Source: Podarcis vaucheri (Eukaryota). Taken from it: DNA of 64,000 nucleotides. A program made the translations under genes and the position numbers. The stretch is taken from the NCBI GenBank assembly GCA_965113315.1, contig OZ220367.1; one strand, given 5' to 3'. The notes beneath the pieces were generated by a model that was given only the letters and a program-made list of their open reading frames with translations, was not told the origin of the DNA and made no database searches. Shown here piece by piece: positions 25,710 through 39,153 of this stretch. Numbering within the stretch: the first letter of the stretch is position 1; every line of letters begins with the position of its first letter.

Positions 25710-26574
25710 CCAAGTTTACTGCCTCCCTAATTTTTCTTTATCTCAAGATCATTCAAGTTTTTAGTGAATAAATGATAGTTCTAAATTACTTTTTAACCAT
25801 TTTTTCATGTGAAGAAATTATTGGAGGAGTTTTAAAATAAGTTTACCATTGAATGATCTTCCCTCAGTGAAGGAGAGCACTAATGTAAGCTTTCTCTTGA
25901 TTTTCTGTAAGTGTGATCTACTGGTTCACTCTGTTGACAGTAGGTTTCTGTTATACCCAGGATTCCTGTTTTTTTTAGCTTCCAAGCTCTTAAGCTCTCC
26001 CATCACAGTTAAGAGATTTCTGTAATGTTAACATATAAACACCTATACATTCTATCTCTCTTCAAACATTTTCTAGTTCAATTTCTTCAGTCACTCTTTG
26101 GGTTTTTGCTAGCTACCATTTTTCTCTGTATACTCATTTTAGAGTTGTACTCTGTCCTCCACTTTACCTGAAAAACATTTACATCATCATCCTTAAGTGT
26201 GAAATCATCCCGAACTTGATGATCCTCAACTCCGGTTTGCTTAGCCTGAGAAGTTAAGTCTAATAGCTGCTCTGTGACTTCTTTCATGTTCAGCACCAGC
26301 AGTTTGGTTACACTGCAGTTGAAGTGGAGGGTGCCTCTTTGTACAGGCTCAGCTTGTCCCAGAAGAGACCCTGATGTCTAGCAAATGGCTGCTCTAAAAT
26401 GCTTTGCTTAATAGTGTGATAGAAATTTCCTTCATCTATACTCTTCCTCTTCATACCACTATCACATCCAAGAACTAGGGCCCTGCAGTTCCACCAGTCT
26501 AGCTGGTCATGTATGTGGAAGAGAGAGCATTTCTGAAAATACTACCTTGGAGGGCTTTGACTCAATGTTCTACT

Positions 26575-26702
26575 CAGTGCTATTTTTCTAGAAAAAGAGG
26601 TGCCAGAACTCAGCATGAACACCTCCCTCATTCTCTTTGAATGGCAATGGTGCCCATCTGAGAGCTGCTGGAACTGAGTTCTGGCAGGAAAAAAGCCCAT
26701 GT
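26575..26702. mobile_element. Probable hAT-like MITE
   Basis: CAGTGCTATTTTTCT... and ...AGGAAAAAAGCCCATG form imperfect inverted ends. Internal ccagaactcag / ctgagttctgg inverted pair. Confidence 0.5.
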
Positions 26703-27722
26703 AACTTAACCACTCCTCAGCCAATGTGCACAATGGTCATTGACTTCTCCATTTAACAGTCTATCCAGTCTACAGTCTTCCCACCAGGCAGACTCCACCC
26801 CCAGTTTTGTGATTGCCTCTTACTAGCCCCTTCCCCAATCAACTCCTGTAAGTTATTAAGCACCCAAGAAATAGGACAGTTCTATGGAACCCCCCCCCCA
26901 ATTCCTCAGCTAAGACCCTCATTCTCCATAATAGCAAATGAACTGTTGGCATGGAGTAAGGCTCCTCTATGTGTCCCTGAATTCTGCCCCCCCCCCTATT
27001 TTTCAAAGTCAGCCTCAGGGGAATGAATTTGTTCCCAATAACCAGGACCTCATAAGTCCCTATATTTCTGCTAGTTTTCTAGTTTTGCTACTGTTCTTGT
27101 TACGTTCATGTGGGATTGATGTTAACCTTGAGAGGCTTATTGGGACTTCACTTCCCCATGACCCTTGCATGAATCCTTTATTTGCCAGTCTCACCAGCTT
27201 CTTCCTCAACTACCTTATTGTGGGGTTTCACTTGTGTTTGTTGTATATCAAACCTATTTTAAAACTGTTTTATCACTGAATTGTCAATGTCTTGAACTCT
27301 GTGCGTGTTTGCTGTACCCTGAAGTCTTATATGCATGATACACTGGGCTAGAAAACCTCTGAATTCACTGACTCAGTCCTTCTTAAGCAGGTGCCAAAAA
27401 AAGAGGCCCTGGTGAATTAAGAGAAAGCAAAGTAAGACAGTAATGCACAAGTGAGTGGTAGAAATAGGAAAAAAAATACTTGACTATGTAATCTATGTAA
27501 AGTGACCTGTGATCTTTGGATGAAGGGTGGTATACATTTTTAATAAATAATGATAAAATAACAGTCTTCTGTCCCAAATGAACACTTTGGAAAAAGATTT
27601 CCATATTTACCTGATAGCTGGAAACTTTTGCTTCTATTGGGTCTAATGGTATTATTTTGTTTGCTTTGTGTATCATACATCATGGTAAGTTATATTAACT
27701 AATAACTTTTTTGCTTCTTTAG

Positions 27723-27812
27723 TTCAAACTTCCAAAGGAGTATAGTTGGCCTGAAAAGAAACTGAAAGTCTCCATCTTGCCTGATGCTGTATTTGACAAC
27801 CCACTGCATTAA
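27723..27812 (+). CDS. SUFU: SUFU terminal coding exon (equivalent of human exon 12), with stop codon
   Basis: ttttttgcttctttAG| then FKLPKEYSWPEKKLKVSILPDAVFDNPLH and TAA at 27810-27812. Matches the known SUFU C-terminus. Confidence 0.97.
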   Translation, partial: FKLPKEYSWPEKKLKVSILPDAVFDNPLH

Positions 27813-30800
27813 AGCCAGCTGAGACCCACAAGCAACAAGTTGCTGTATGCTGCCCAGTGACTCATAGGATAATTTAGTGCAGTAAAAGCTCTTCCTGCAA
27901 ATAAGAGATGCTGCTGCATATCCACTGCAAACAACGGAGGGGTTACTCAACAGCAGTCCAGCCGGAACTCAATTCTTCCAGTACCTGGCATTCTCCTCCG
28001 TCATGGAAGAACTCTGAATAACCTGCATATGAATGAGTGTGAGAGTGAGACAAGGAGAGAGAAGTATTTAACTATTAATAGTAGTTGTAAGAATTCCTTT
28101 CCCTACTTTAACTGGCTCCGGAGGTCCCTGCAACCCCCAGCCCAGGGTTTATGTGCCTCATCTGCCTTGGCTTAATCACACAATTTTCAAGCGTAAACAC
28201 ACAATCCATTAGAAGTATTTTTTGTAACTCTCAAATTCTTTAATTAGCCATGCTTCTTCTGGCCAGAATTATTCCTTCAGTGTGATTTTTTTTTATTGCT
28301 CCAGAAAGGCCATTTTGTTTATACTTTATGTACACACAATCAAACTGAGGAAACACTGATCAGTTTTGATGCCACGCTAGGGACTGATTTGGCAGGGGAA
28401 TCATGGTCCCACTGGCTAAACTGCCATGATGTTACAGAGGGGGCTGTACTTAAGCTGTCATTTTAGATTCTGAATTCTGAGGCCTATAAACATCCTATTT
28501 AAGTCAGGAGTTTGCCCTAGGGAAGAGATACAGCTTGGGTTATATTTAGGAAAAGGTTGCTTTAAAAAGTTCTGTGAAACCCAAGCCTAAGTGTTTTTCT
28601 TCAGAATGAAACTTAATGGTGTTCAGTGGGGCTTCCTACCAGGAAAGTACTGGATTGCAGGATTAAACACCTATCTTAGTGTGTCCTAGGGTAATAGGCC
28701 AAAATGATAATTGATTCTCTTCAAAGATAAGCATAACTTCCTTGTTTCATGGTCACCTATGAAAGGGACAAGTACATGGAGAATTGGGTTTCATAGGTAT
28801 TTCTCATTGGACTGTACAATGAGCGGAGGGCTTTGGGTGTTTATTTTCTAACTTGGTACAGCCAGATCTTCTGGGTTAACAATTTTGATACTGTATCCTT
28901 CCTGAAGTTTCCTATAGATTTGTACCAAATTTTCCTGACTCATACTGCAGAGAAATAGAAAAGGGTACATTAGTTAAAGAGATGCCTGAAAACCTGTTGT
29001 CTTGTTTCTAAATTGGCTTTAAAAACAAAGTTTTCCAAAGAACATTTAAATCATGTTTTCACTTTCCATTCACATATTTTGGGAAGGCATATCTGTTAAT
29101 TTTAATGCATATTGAGTCAGGCCATTTCAGAATGTTTTGAAAATTCAGCTTGATGTACTACTGCAAACACAGGCATTAATTTTCAGAGTTCTGGTCTGAT
29201 TTTGAGACAGCTAAACTGTATTTCTAACACCATTTTGTGCAGACTTTGACTTTGTGTTTATAGGCAGTTTGACTAACTTTCTAGGAGAGGAAATGAAATC
29301 TGGCACTGCTAAAGCAGAAATCTACAACCTGAAACTATCTTCTGAAAGTTTCTGTTACAAAGTTTGTAGAAGGAAACATGTTGGTTCTCTTCCCTTCCCA
29401 TCCCAAGAGAATGAGAGTCCACTTCAACTAGGCAACTGTTCAAAATACCATGTTCTCTTGTTGTGCATACTTAGGTTCTTCAGAAATTTTGTCACGGGCA
29501 TAAGTGACCTTCAGAAATTGGTCAGAATTGTTGTATACTGATGTACACCAGAATTGGTGTACACCCATGGGCTGATGGCTAGGGAACTGGACCTCGAGCA
29601 AGTTTAGATAGATATGTGCTGGTGACATAAAGTAGCTCACAATAAACTATTTAATATTGCCCACAGGCTCCCTGTCAGAATCCTAGAAGCCTCACCTTTC
29701 ACATTAAGTAAAGGACTTAGGATCACATGGTACACTAGTGTGGTCTGATGTTTAGGGACTACAAGGCAAAAATGCTTTGGGAGTCACTCACTTAGTTTGT
29801 GGTATTTTGGATGCTGTTGTGCTGTCGTGAGCACAATTCAAACGTGCTAACGTAAGCAAAATTGACTAACCGCTATTGCCAAATTGACTAAGCATAAAAC
29901 ACTGCAAGGTTGAAATAGGCCAAGCCATTGAAGGTTGTAACGAAATCTTGTAAGGGGTCCCTGCTTATGAGGAAAATCTTTTGGCATTCAAATGGTGTGC
30001 TATCACTCAAATGTTACTGTCAGATACCTAGCATATTTTCCCCACAAAAGCCATCCTTATTAGGCCTAGCTTTCACAAACAGCAGCTGGGATGATAAAGC
30101 TGTTTCTTGACTGCTGTGCTTAGGACTGCAATGGAGTCTCATATGACGGAATGCTCCTCTGTGCAAGAGAAAAAATCCTTGCACATAGAAAACTGGCATG
30201 TCAGGGAGGAGTGTAGAAACCTTCTGCCTGACGTAAATTTCCTATGTACATAGAAATGTTATTGGATGAAGGAGAATTCAATTATGTGAGGCTTTAGAAG
30301 TCATTTCTAGAATCTAAACTGTCTGGCTTTTCTACAGTTTATCTTGGAAGCCTTGTGTTCCATAGTAATTTAATTAATGTAGTGAGGCTTTACACAGCTA
30401 TACTGTCTCATTTGTTACTCTCTATAGTTTACCCTCTACCATATGCAGTAAAGAGCTGAGGAGTTTCCTATCTGAGAAATGAAAGAATCCATGGAGGGAA
30501 AGCCAGAAATCCTATGAAATGTTAATCTGGAAGTGAAAAAAAAATCTTGTGGGTTTTTCAGGAAGGATCTGTGAGCTGGAGACTAGACTACAGTCTTCTG
30601 TGGCTTTTGATAGTTTGCTGCAAAGTCCACACTGATGTTACATTTTTCCATAACCTTTTAAACGTTTTGTTCTGCATGAGCATTCCTTTAGAGAGAAAGA
30701 ACTGGTCCAAAGTGTATTTAAAATGACTGTCTTGTAGGGTTTGCAGAGTATTGAGATTTCATATCTGCCTGAAAGTACCCACAAATTACTACCTTGGCAA

Positions 30801-33800
30801 ATCAAAGGTAAAGTGTCTTGGTGTTTAATCAGTAACAGTTTATGGCAGTAACTGCTAGAAACTATTATTGTTGGCTTCCCAGAGGACTTAATGGAATGGA
30901 GCTTGGTCTCTCTGTTTACTGTGTATTACTAACTTTTCACTGTGGTCACTTATGCTGACCATTCTTCCCACCCTAAGACAAGGCAGGAAGAGTTTACTTT
31001 GCACTCTTGTTCTCCACTTGCTAGTTACTAAACTGGCTAACAGGAAACTGGAGCTTTGGCTGTTCTTCAGTTGGTTTGCACCTGCTGCTTAATCTCTTCA
31101 GCACCTGGAGCTGTAAACACCATTCCTCGGTTGCTGCGACAATTATTAACTTTCAGTGCAGCTGTTGCAGCAGCCATGTGCCAGGACAGTGCTAACCTAG
31201 CCATCAGACCAAATGGCAACAAAAGAGCCATTCCAGAGGGTTTACTGTCTCAATATGAAGCAGTCAGTAAGTAAGTGAGCAAAATATAGATGGGCTGTAG
31301 AATTTCACATGAGAACACTGCAAGCTATAAGAATAGAGTTTTAGCAAAACAAAAAAATTCTATCCCCACTTCTGTGGGTTTCCTCTCCCCCATGGCACTG
31401 ACATTGGTAGCAAGGGAAGTTATAAAAACAGAATCCACTCCCCTCTTCAAAGCACACTCATCGGCTGTGTTTGCATGTAAGGTTAAACCATAGTTAATAT
31501 TTAACTGTGGTTTAATGTGAATGAGCAGCATGCTGGTGCACACTGCTCAAAAGTCCCTGCTTTGCTCCTCCCTCGCTCCTGGCTGCATCATACTAGGAGC
31601 AACAAACTACAAGACTTGACTTGTCATGTTGTCCAAACCCATGCTCCTGGTTTGTTTGGGGGAACTAAGCCATGCGTTTAAGTTTAGATGACACACCACC
31701 TGTGGATTGTTGCTCCCAGCTCATTCCGGCACACTGCTCATTTGCATTAAACCATATTACACATGTCAATTTGAAGCTGAAGGGGCTGCTCAAAGTGCTA
31801 ACTGGCTGGACATTTGTGACACCATGAAACAACCTCTGCCTGTAATAATTTTCAGCTTCAGAATAAATGATGGCTCTTTAATCATCAATAAGTCAGGCAC
31901 TGTATGATTGTTTAAATGCAAGGTCCTACCAGCAGCACTTTAAAGATAACAAGAAAGACAGGCAGCTCAGCAGAGAAGGGTGAGGGTGGCCTAGAAACCA
32001 GTGCTCACTGCAAAGAGAGTGTGTGAGAGAGTCTAAAGAATGAGGGTTATTGAGCTTACCCCACAGGGTCAAAAGAAGTTTGCTCCTTGTACATCTGTGT
32101 GCACCATTAGACACAATAGCTCAGGATTTTGTTTTTCTGGTGTGTAAATCTGAACTTTGCCACTAAGCCAGATGGTTGGTTGGACAGAGATGCTCTACAT
32201 GCACACTGCAAGCTTCTTCAGCATGTTTTGCACTGCACCATGATCATCCACTTAGCTTTGCAGATCTGGAAGTGTCAGGCACTTCTATGGCAGATGAAAG
32301 CATGGGTTTCACATCTGCATGCATGCTGGTGGAGTTCATTGCTGCTGTAGGGATTGCTCCATCTCATCACACTTGTGTTTTTCTAGCAGCAGGGAGAAAA
32401 TCATGAACTGTTTTAAAGAAAAGCCCTTTACACATAAAAGCAAGGGAAGTAAGGGTCAAAAAGCAAATGTTTTGCAGAAGTGTTTTTAATGGCTTGGGGC
32501 AAAAATGTGTTAATGTTTAATGTTTCTCTACACCACTACCATCATTGTACTTTATAGGAACAGAAAGAATACCTTCATATTCTGGCAGCCCTATGTTACT
32601 GTAGCTTTTCCTACCTTTAGTTGTTCCGTCTCTTTTGAACCCTCCTTTGCTGAGCATCCAAAATGTCAAACAGAAAATGAGCCTGTAGCTGATGAGGGTT
32701 TCAAAAGGATCCCTAGGCTGACCTGCCTCTCAGGCAATTAACCCATGGGCATTATGCACTTTGCAGCTTCTTCATTTCATACACAATTATTTTTTCCTCA
32801 GATTGCTTACAGACCATAAAGTCGTAATAAGTGGTACATTAGCTTTACAGTATCATTCCAAGGCTGTCATAAAGGTATGCCTTTTCTACTTTCTGCCAGC
32901 CAGCTAATAAGGAGGTTGGAGAAGTATTCTGAAGTACCCTTTCCACCTACCTACTTTTATGATTCACTGTTGAAATGTGGAAGCCTGATAGCAGAATAGC
33001 GTAATGAATGCCAGCGTGTGAAGTAAATGTTTAAAGGGCTCAATCAAATACACTTTAATTTCAGAAAACAGATTTGTTTAAAAGCACAGACCAGAATCTG
33101 CTTACCAGCTGATGGTTCTGGTTTTGCAAACACTTCTCTTACTACTCTCCTCGCCCTCCTGCACACATTTCCCTTTGCTTGTTTCCTAGTTTGGGTTGAA
33201 ATCAACATGGCTGCTGTTTTCTTTCCTGGGCCCTGATGGCAAAGGTCTGCATTCATCACTGCTCCTCTACATAATGGAAAAGGAGGGGGAGAATGGTTTG
33301 AGCCTTGTTGACAATAGTGCATGTTAGTGTAGGCCCTTCAATAAGAGAGGATAGCCACTGCCAGCCCTGGTTAATATTCTGGGGAAACACAGGAGTGTGC
33401 AATTGTCTTCAAAGAATCTGTTGGCTCAGGTTTAAGCCGAGTATCCCTTTCGCTAGTTTCCCTTTCAACACTGAACAGAATCTCAATTCTGTATAAAGAC
33501 TTCACCTACCTTAGGGAAAGCGAAACCTATTAAAGTGATAAAACCAGTGAGTTAATTCAAAAGATTCTGTGCTCTGATTGCTGATGAATTACACAGTCTG
33601 GGGCCTGGCTTTTCTGGAGCTGCAGTTCACAATTTAGCAGGATCAAACTGCCATCGTGGAAGAAAGCTCCTAAAAGCCATGGGCTTTGTGGCCCAGCCCC
33701 CATTCTTAGGGCCATTCCGTGTGCTGGATCCTGGGTGGGAGGGCTCAGGAGCATAGCATTGGTGTTCAGTTCTAGCAGATCAGATTGTCGTTGCTGCTAA

Positions 33801-34139
33801 ACACAGCAAATGAGACTTAAAGGAATACATTAAGGTAATGTTACACTCCAGGTTTGCCTTTGCCTTCCTTTCTTGAGACTGTTTTATATCGGTAGGAACC
33901 AGAGTTCACTGTTAAAGCAGGGTGGATTATTATTTTTTTGATTTATTTTTTTTTACATGATAGTGCTCTTGTTGTTACTGTAGTTTTATAATTTGGATGG
34001 CTGTAATGCTAGAAAACAAAATGAGTGGTTTTGCTTTTGGAGGACCTAATCCTTAGACCTGCTCAATTTTAATTCTGACTGCTGAGGCTACTTTTACCAG
34101 CTTCAGCTGAGATGAACCTTTTTGTAGTTCATCTATGTG

Positions 34140-34143
<4 letters not shown>

Positions 34144-34187
<44 letters not shown>
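34144..34187. repeat. (GT)22 microsatellite
   Basis: Direct reading. Confidence 0.97.
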
Positions 34188-34188
<1 letters not shown>

Positions 34189-34461
34189 TCAACAAAAATC
34201 TTAAGGACATTGCAGAAGCTGTCTGAAAATGGCTTGCCATTCCTGCAGTGAAATTCTCAGTACTTTGTAGTATGCCTTTTTTTCTACCAAAAAAACAATG
34301 GGAACCTAAACTAGCAGAGGTTTTAAAAATATTTTATATTAGTTTCTAATGTATATTCTTACATTATCACAGTGCCGGTGTGTGTTCACCTGCGCAAAAC
34401 TACTTTTTGTAATATTTTTGTGATCACAAAGCTTTGTTTCCCTCCTGTGTATTCAAAGTGC

Positions 34462-34467
34462 ATTAAA
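34462..34467 (+). promoter_or_regulatory. Candidate distal polyadenylation signal (ATTAAA) of SUFU
   Basis: ATTAAA preceded by TGTA/U-rich motifs and followed ~15-30 nt later by GU-rich ttgtgtcttgtgtg. It ends a repeat-poor region downstream of the SUFU stop. More proximal AATAAA occur at 29641 and 31862. Confidence 0.4.
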
Positions 34468-37408
34468 CTTGTTTGCATAGTTGTGTCTTGTGTGCATTTA
34501 TTGAGTGATTGCAGAACTGATAAATGAGACTTTATACTCTAACTCTTGTTTAACTTTCTCATTCCCGTGCTTTACAAGCTTCAGCCAGGTTAGGGGGCCC
34601 TTTGTCTGCACACAAACGTAAGAGCCTGGGCCCCAGCATTTGCTTATCAACGGTCCTCTGATGTGGTCTGTTTCCTTTTGCACAATATGATCTGCCTCAG
34701 GAGAAGGCTTGTATTAATAATTTCCATGGCACTTACTTTGAAGTGGTAGGTGCTTTTACAATTTTTTATCAGTTTTACCCTCACAACCACAGTTGCACAT
34801 TAAGTTGCTCTGATTAACGTTTTTGTGTGTGCTATATTTGGATAGGGTGGATATACCATAACCGCTGTGGTCGAGAATGGATTGAGTTCTGTACTCTGAT
34901 CAACGACTCCAAGGTTCAAGTCACACTCCTACAAATCACATTCCCATGGGTAGTAGTGGCCACTTGTACTGTTACCACACTTGTCACTGAATTGCAGATG
35001 GAGCGTGATAGTGATTTGTCTTAATGGCAATCATTTGTGCATTAAATTGGATCCCAAAATAATGGCTTGCAGACAAGTGTTCGAAGTTTTAATGTCTATA
35101 ATAGGGCTGTTGGGGTTTTTTCCTCTGCAAGAAAGGACAAAGAGAATGAAGGTGATTAATATATCATTTATATTTCCAAGCTTCCTTGCAATGTATCTGT
35201 GAAAAACACCTGGGCTTTATTAAAGTAATAACAGGCAAGTCTTGGCCTTCACACAAAATGAAACTTATTTGTATACACAAACGTCTTCTTCATCAAACAT
35301 TGCAGTTTAAATGAAGACACCTTCCTCAAAGGTTAGAAATACTCACTGAGGCTTGGTCCCACCATAACACCCTGTTCTGTAGAGAGCCTGACTCCTACAG
35401 AGAGTCTTCCTTTCTTCAGCCTATGTTGGGGACGGTTAGCTCTATCAGACTAGATCAGGGGTACGGAACCTCAAACTCAAGAGCCAAACAGGGCCTTTCA
35501 GACTTCTCTGTCTCCAGGCTATACTCCTCACTGACATTGCTTTGCACCCAAATGTTTTTGCTTGGCTGCAGTGTGTTTTGAACATTGATTGTGCCTCTTG
35601 CTTTTCTGGATTGGGGGGGGGGCTGTGCAAGTGTAAAAACTAGCCTACCAGTGTACAAAGGTAAAAAATTATGTTTGTTGCCCCACCTAGCATGCAGGAG
35701 GATGTGACACACTCTGAGAAGTCCATATTCCTGTACAACTCCCACAGTCAATTGTGGAGGTATCATGTGAAGCATGCTGTGGCACACCAGACACATCATA
35801 CCCAAACTGCACAGATCCCCCAGTCTGCTGTACTTTGGGTGCATAGAAATACTGTGGCTCCTCACTGGATCTTGTTTCTCACTTTAGGGCATCATTGCTC
35901 TTGAATGGCAGAGGGCTATAGCATTGGAAGTTATTGCTGCTAGGGAAGATTGTGCCTCATGTACCCAGGGGTCACTTTGAGGACCAATAGACGCATATTC
36001 CATCTGCATTTCAGTGTTGCTAAGTTCACATCTTTCCCCCCAAAATTGTAAATAAAATCTTTCTGTCATCCAAATTTCTAGCTACAGTACCTGTCTGAAT
36101 TATGATTCAGTGAATCTCAGCCCTGATGAGTTTCTCTGTGTTTTTACAGCCACATTAGAAACCACACAAAAATGGCGCTTATGCGTTATAAAGAGCTAAA
36201 GGAAATTGACAAGATGGAGCTCCTCTGTGCTTCATTCATGCCTGAAATTGAATTGGGAGACTCCCAAAGTCAACAAGTGGTACATCCACAATTTTAATCA
36301 AAGATCCTTAGCAGCCTAGCATTGCCTGTGGGTTTGGGTCAAAGGAGGACATGGAATCAATTCCACATAGATAGGGCTGTGAGGGGGTGTCTTGTTTTTG
36401 TATTTTTGCATCGCTATAGTATCTGGTGTGGGATCAGCATCCTAATTCTAGTGTTGAATGTGGAGGAGAGCTTTAATGAAGGCTGGACAAGGACTTGCAG
36501 TATTCAGCAAATGAAAGGTGAGGGAAGAGGCCTGTACAGTTACTTGTTCATCCTCTACAGCTGCTCTACAGCCTTAGAGAGTGTAGAGTGTAGGTTAAAA
36601 GTATGAACTTTTTTTGGGGGGGGGAGCCATTTCCATCTATGTCATCAAGGATCAGGGAGAACACATTTAAAGTTTCACTGAGATGGTATTTCACTTTCAG
36701 TAGGATATATAATCATCTCAGTTGGAGTCGCAGAGGTTGAAACATCTTTCCACATGTGGTGGCAGTGTACAAGGCTCCAATCATTCTGGTTAAATGCTTT
36801 TAGGTGAGTCCTACATTTATATAAGCAGTCTTTCAAAATGATTTGGCAGAAGTAACGGTTAAGGAGCTAACAATTTTCCTCTTGAAGATTGCTAGGCCAT
36901 TTATAACCTGGACATGAAAAACAGAAGAGGGGTCTGCAGTTGAGCGATGATACACACAAGTGTGGGATATTGTATTACTATAAGAACAAATGCAAAAGTC
37001 TAAAGGCTTCAGAAGGGAATTAAGACAAGGAATATTTTATGAACTAAGGTATGAATATATTTCATATATAATTATAGGTGATCTGAGGACTACCTGATAA
37101 TTGGAATTGATGGCAGGATTTGTTTATTTGACAGGGAAGCCGTTTCGATTCCTCTGTTGGACTTTATCCCCATGTTTATATGGATTTTGTTACTGTTTGA
37201 TATTCCCTGGGATAAATATTAGTGTTCTTAATCAAAGGGGGGGTGAACTTTATTGGAAGACTAACAGTTCAAATCTCATCTCAGGAACTCTGTGGGTACC
37301 CATAGGCCAAAGGGGTAACCTAGGGCTTCGAAATGATTGATGCTGGACAAAAGACACCATCATCCCTGAGCATTGATGGAGCTGATGTAAGTTGGTAGTC
37401 ACAGGTTT

Positions 37409-37475
37409 ATAAAACTGTAGAATTGGAAGGGACCCTGAGGATCATCTGGTCCAACCCCTTGCAAAGCAGGAATCT
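37409..37475 (-). mobile_element. CR1-type 3' tail fragment (SINE or LINE)
   Basis: gtagaattggaagggaccctgaggatcatctggtccaacccc is the reverse complement of the tail at 9720-9765. Confidence 0.6.
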
Positions 37476-38729
37476 CAATTAAAGCATACATTACAGATTT
37501 ATGCTTTAACATCTGGAGGGTCACCAGTTCCTCACCCATGCTTTAGGCAAAGCCCTGATTTAGGCTTGTTACTGGACCCTTACAGCCCACTCCTGTCTCC
37601 TTCATGCCATTCAATGCCCAGTTCCTTACTAAAAATTACAGATGTTTCCATCACCGTATATGAAACTGGAAAGTGGTGCATAATACAAGATACCTGCAGA
37701 GTTGGTTCACTCTTAACTCATACTCTGGGATTTATTTCAGTGCAGAATTTGGAATTTCTTTTTGTGTTGAATGCATTTAGGGCATTCTCTCATGATACGG
37801 AAAGTTAGACACAAGATAGTAGGTGCATACAGATTAAGAGTATATCTACACGGGTGTGGGAGGTACAGAATACCAGCAAGAATGGGGCATTGATTTACTC
37901 AGCCATTTAGAAAGAGTTCTGTGCTCACCACCCTCAGGCAATGCGCATCTGGCCTATGGCACAAAGTTAATATTTCAACTGCTTTGAGGTTGGGCTGAAT
38001 GCTAAATATCCACTGAGGCTGGAGGAGGCATAAACCTGCAGCATACAGGCAGCTATGGGCTTGCTCTTGCAGACCAGCCAACATTTACCTCTTTAGGCAG
38101 CAGTCAACTAATAATGGGGCTGACGCCGTTTCCCTACCACTTCCAAATCTTTTCTACTATCCCAGAGTGAATTCTAGTTTTTGATTGTTTCTTCTAAAGG
38201 GCCGCAGAACGTTTTTATTGCCACTGATTTCCTTACCGTCGTCGTAAAGTTCAGACATGCTTTGCAAGAGCTGAGCTGCTCAGTCTGCATTTTTTTTTGC
38301 TCTGAAGCAACTGAAACAAGGAAAAAATAAGGTAATGCACTCCCAGGCATTGATCCTAGCAGCAATGAGAGAAGCAAACCACAAATGATCTAAAGGGAGG
38401 GGAGCACAAGGAGCTGCTACTAGTATAGTAGCTGTGTGATCCTACTAGTCCCATCTGCTCCAATGGTGGCAGGCTGTTGCAGTCTTCTGCAAAACATGTA
38501 TCTGGAAGTGCCCTTAGGCATCTGGTCAGCCTTAACATTGGGCAATATGAAACAGCTTGGTTTTTGAACTTTGAAGATGCATCAAGGATGCTGTGCGGAG
38601 AGTGAATGCTAAGATTTAAATAACTGATCTCCCAACTCTGTTGGCATTGGTGTCTGCATGAGCTAAGGAAAAAACAGGAAGGGGCTTGTGCTGCAGATTA
38701 AGTTGCCCAGAAATACGTGTAACCAGTAG

Positions 38730-39146
38730 TTATTATTTATTAAATGTATATACTATCCTTCATCAGAGGATCACAGGGCGGTTTACAGTATAAAAACACA
38801 AAAATGTGTAACGTAATACCCACTACACACACACAGAGTTTTAAAGGCCATAGATTGTTTAATTAGTCAGAGGCCAGCTTGAGGAATGCTTTTGCCTAGT
38901 ACCTAAAGATACGTAATGAAGGCACCAGGTGAGCTCTCTGGGGAGAGCATTCCACAAGCAGGGAGCCACTGCAGAAAAGGCCAGTTCTCGTGTTGCTGCC
39001 CTCCGGACCTCTTGCGGAGGGGGAACACAAATAAGGGCCTCAGGTGATGGTCAAAGGGTCCAGTCCTGTGATTATATGGAGAGAGGCAGTCCTTGAGGTA
39101 TTGTGGCCTTGGACCGTTTAAGGCTTTATAGATCAAACCTGCACTT
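38730..39146 (-). mobile_element. L2 LINE 3' fragment abutting the BovB tail
   Basis: Minus frame IYKALNGPRPQYLKDCLSPY is L2 ORF2 C-terminal-like. 3' stem-loop/AATAA tail at 38730-38790. Confidence 0.75.
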
Positions 39147-39153
39147 TATAATA

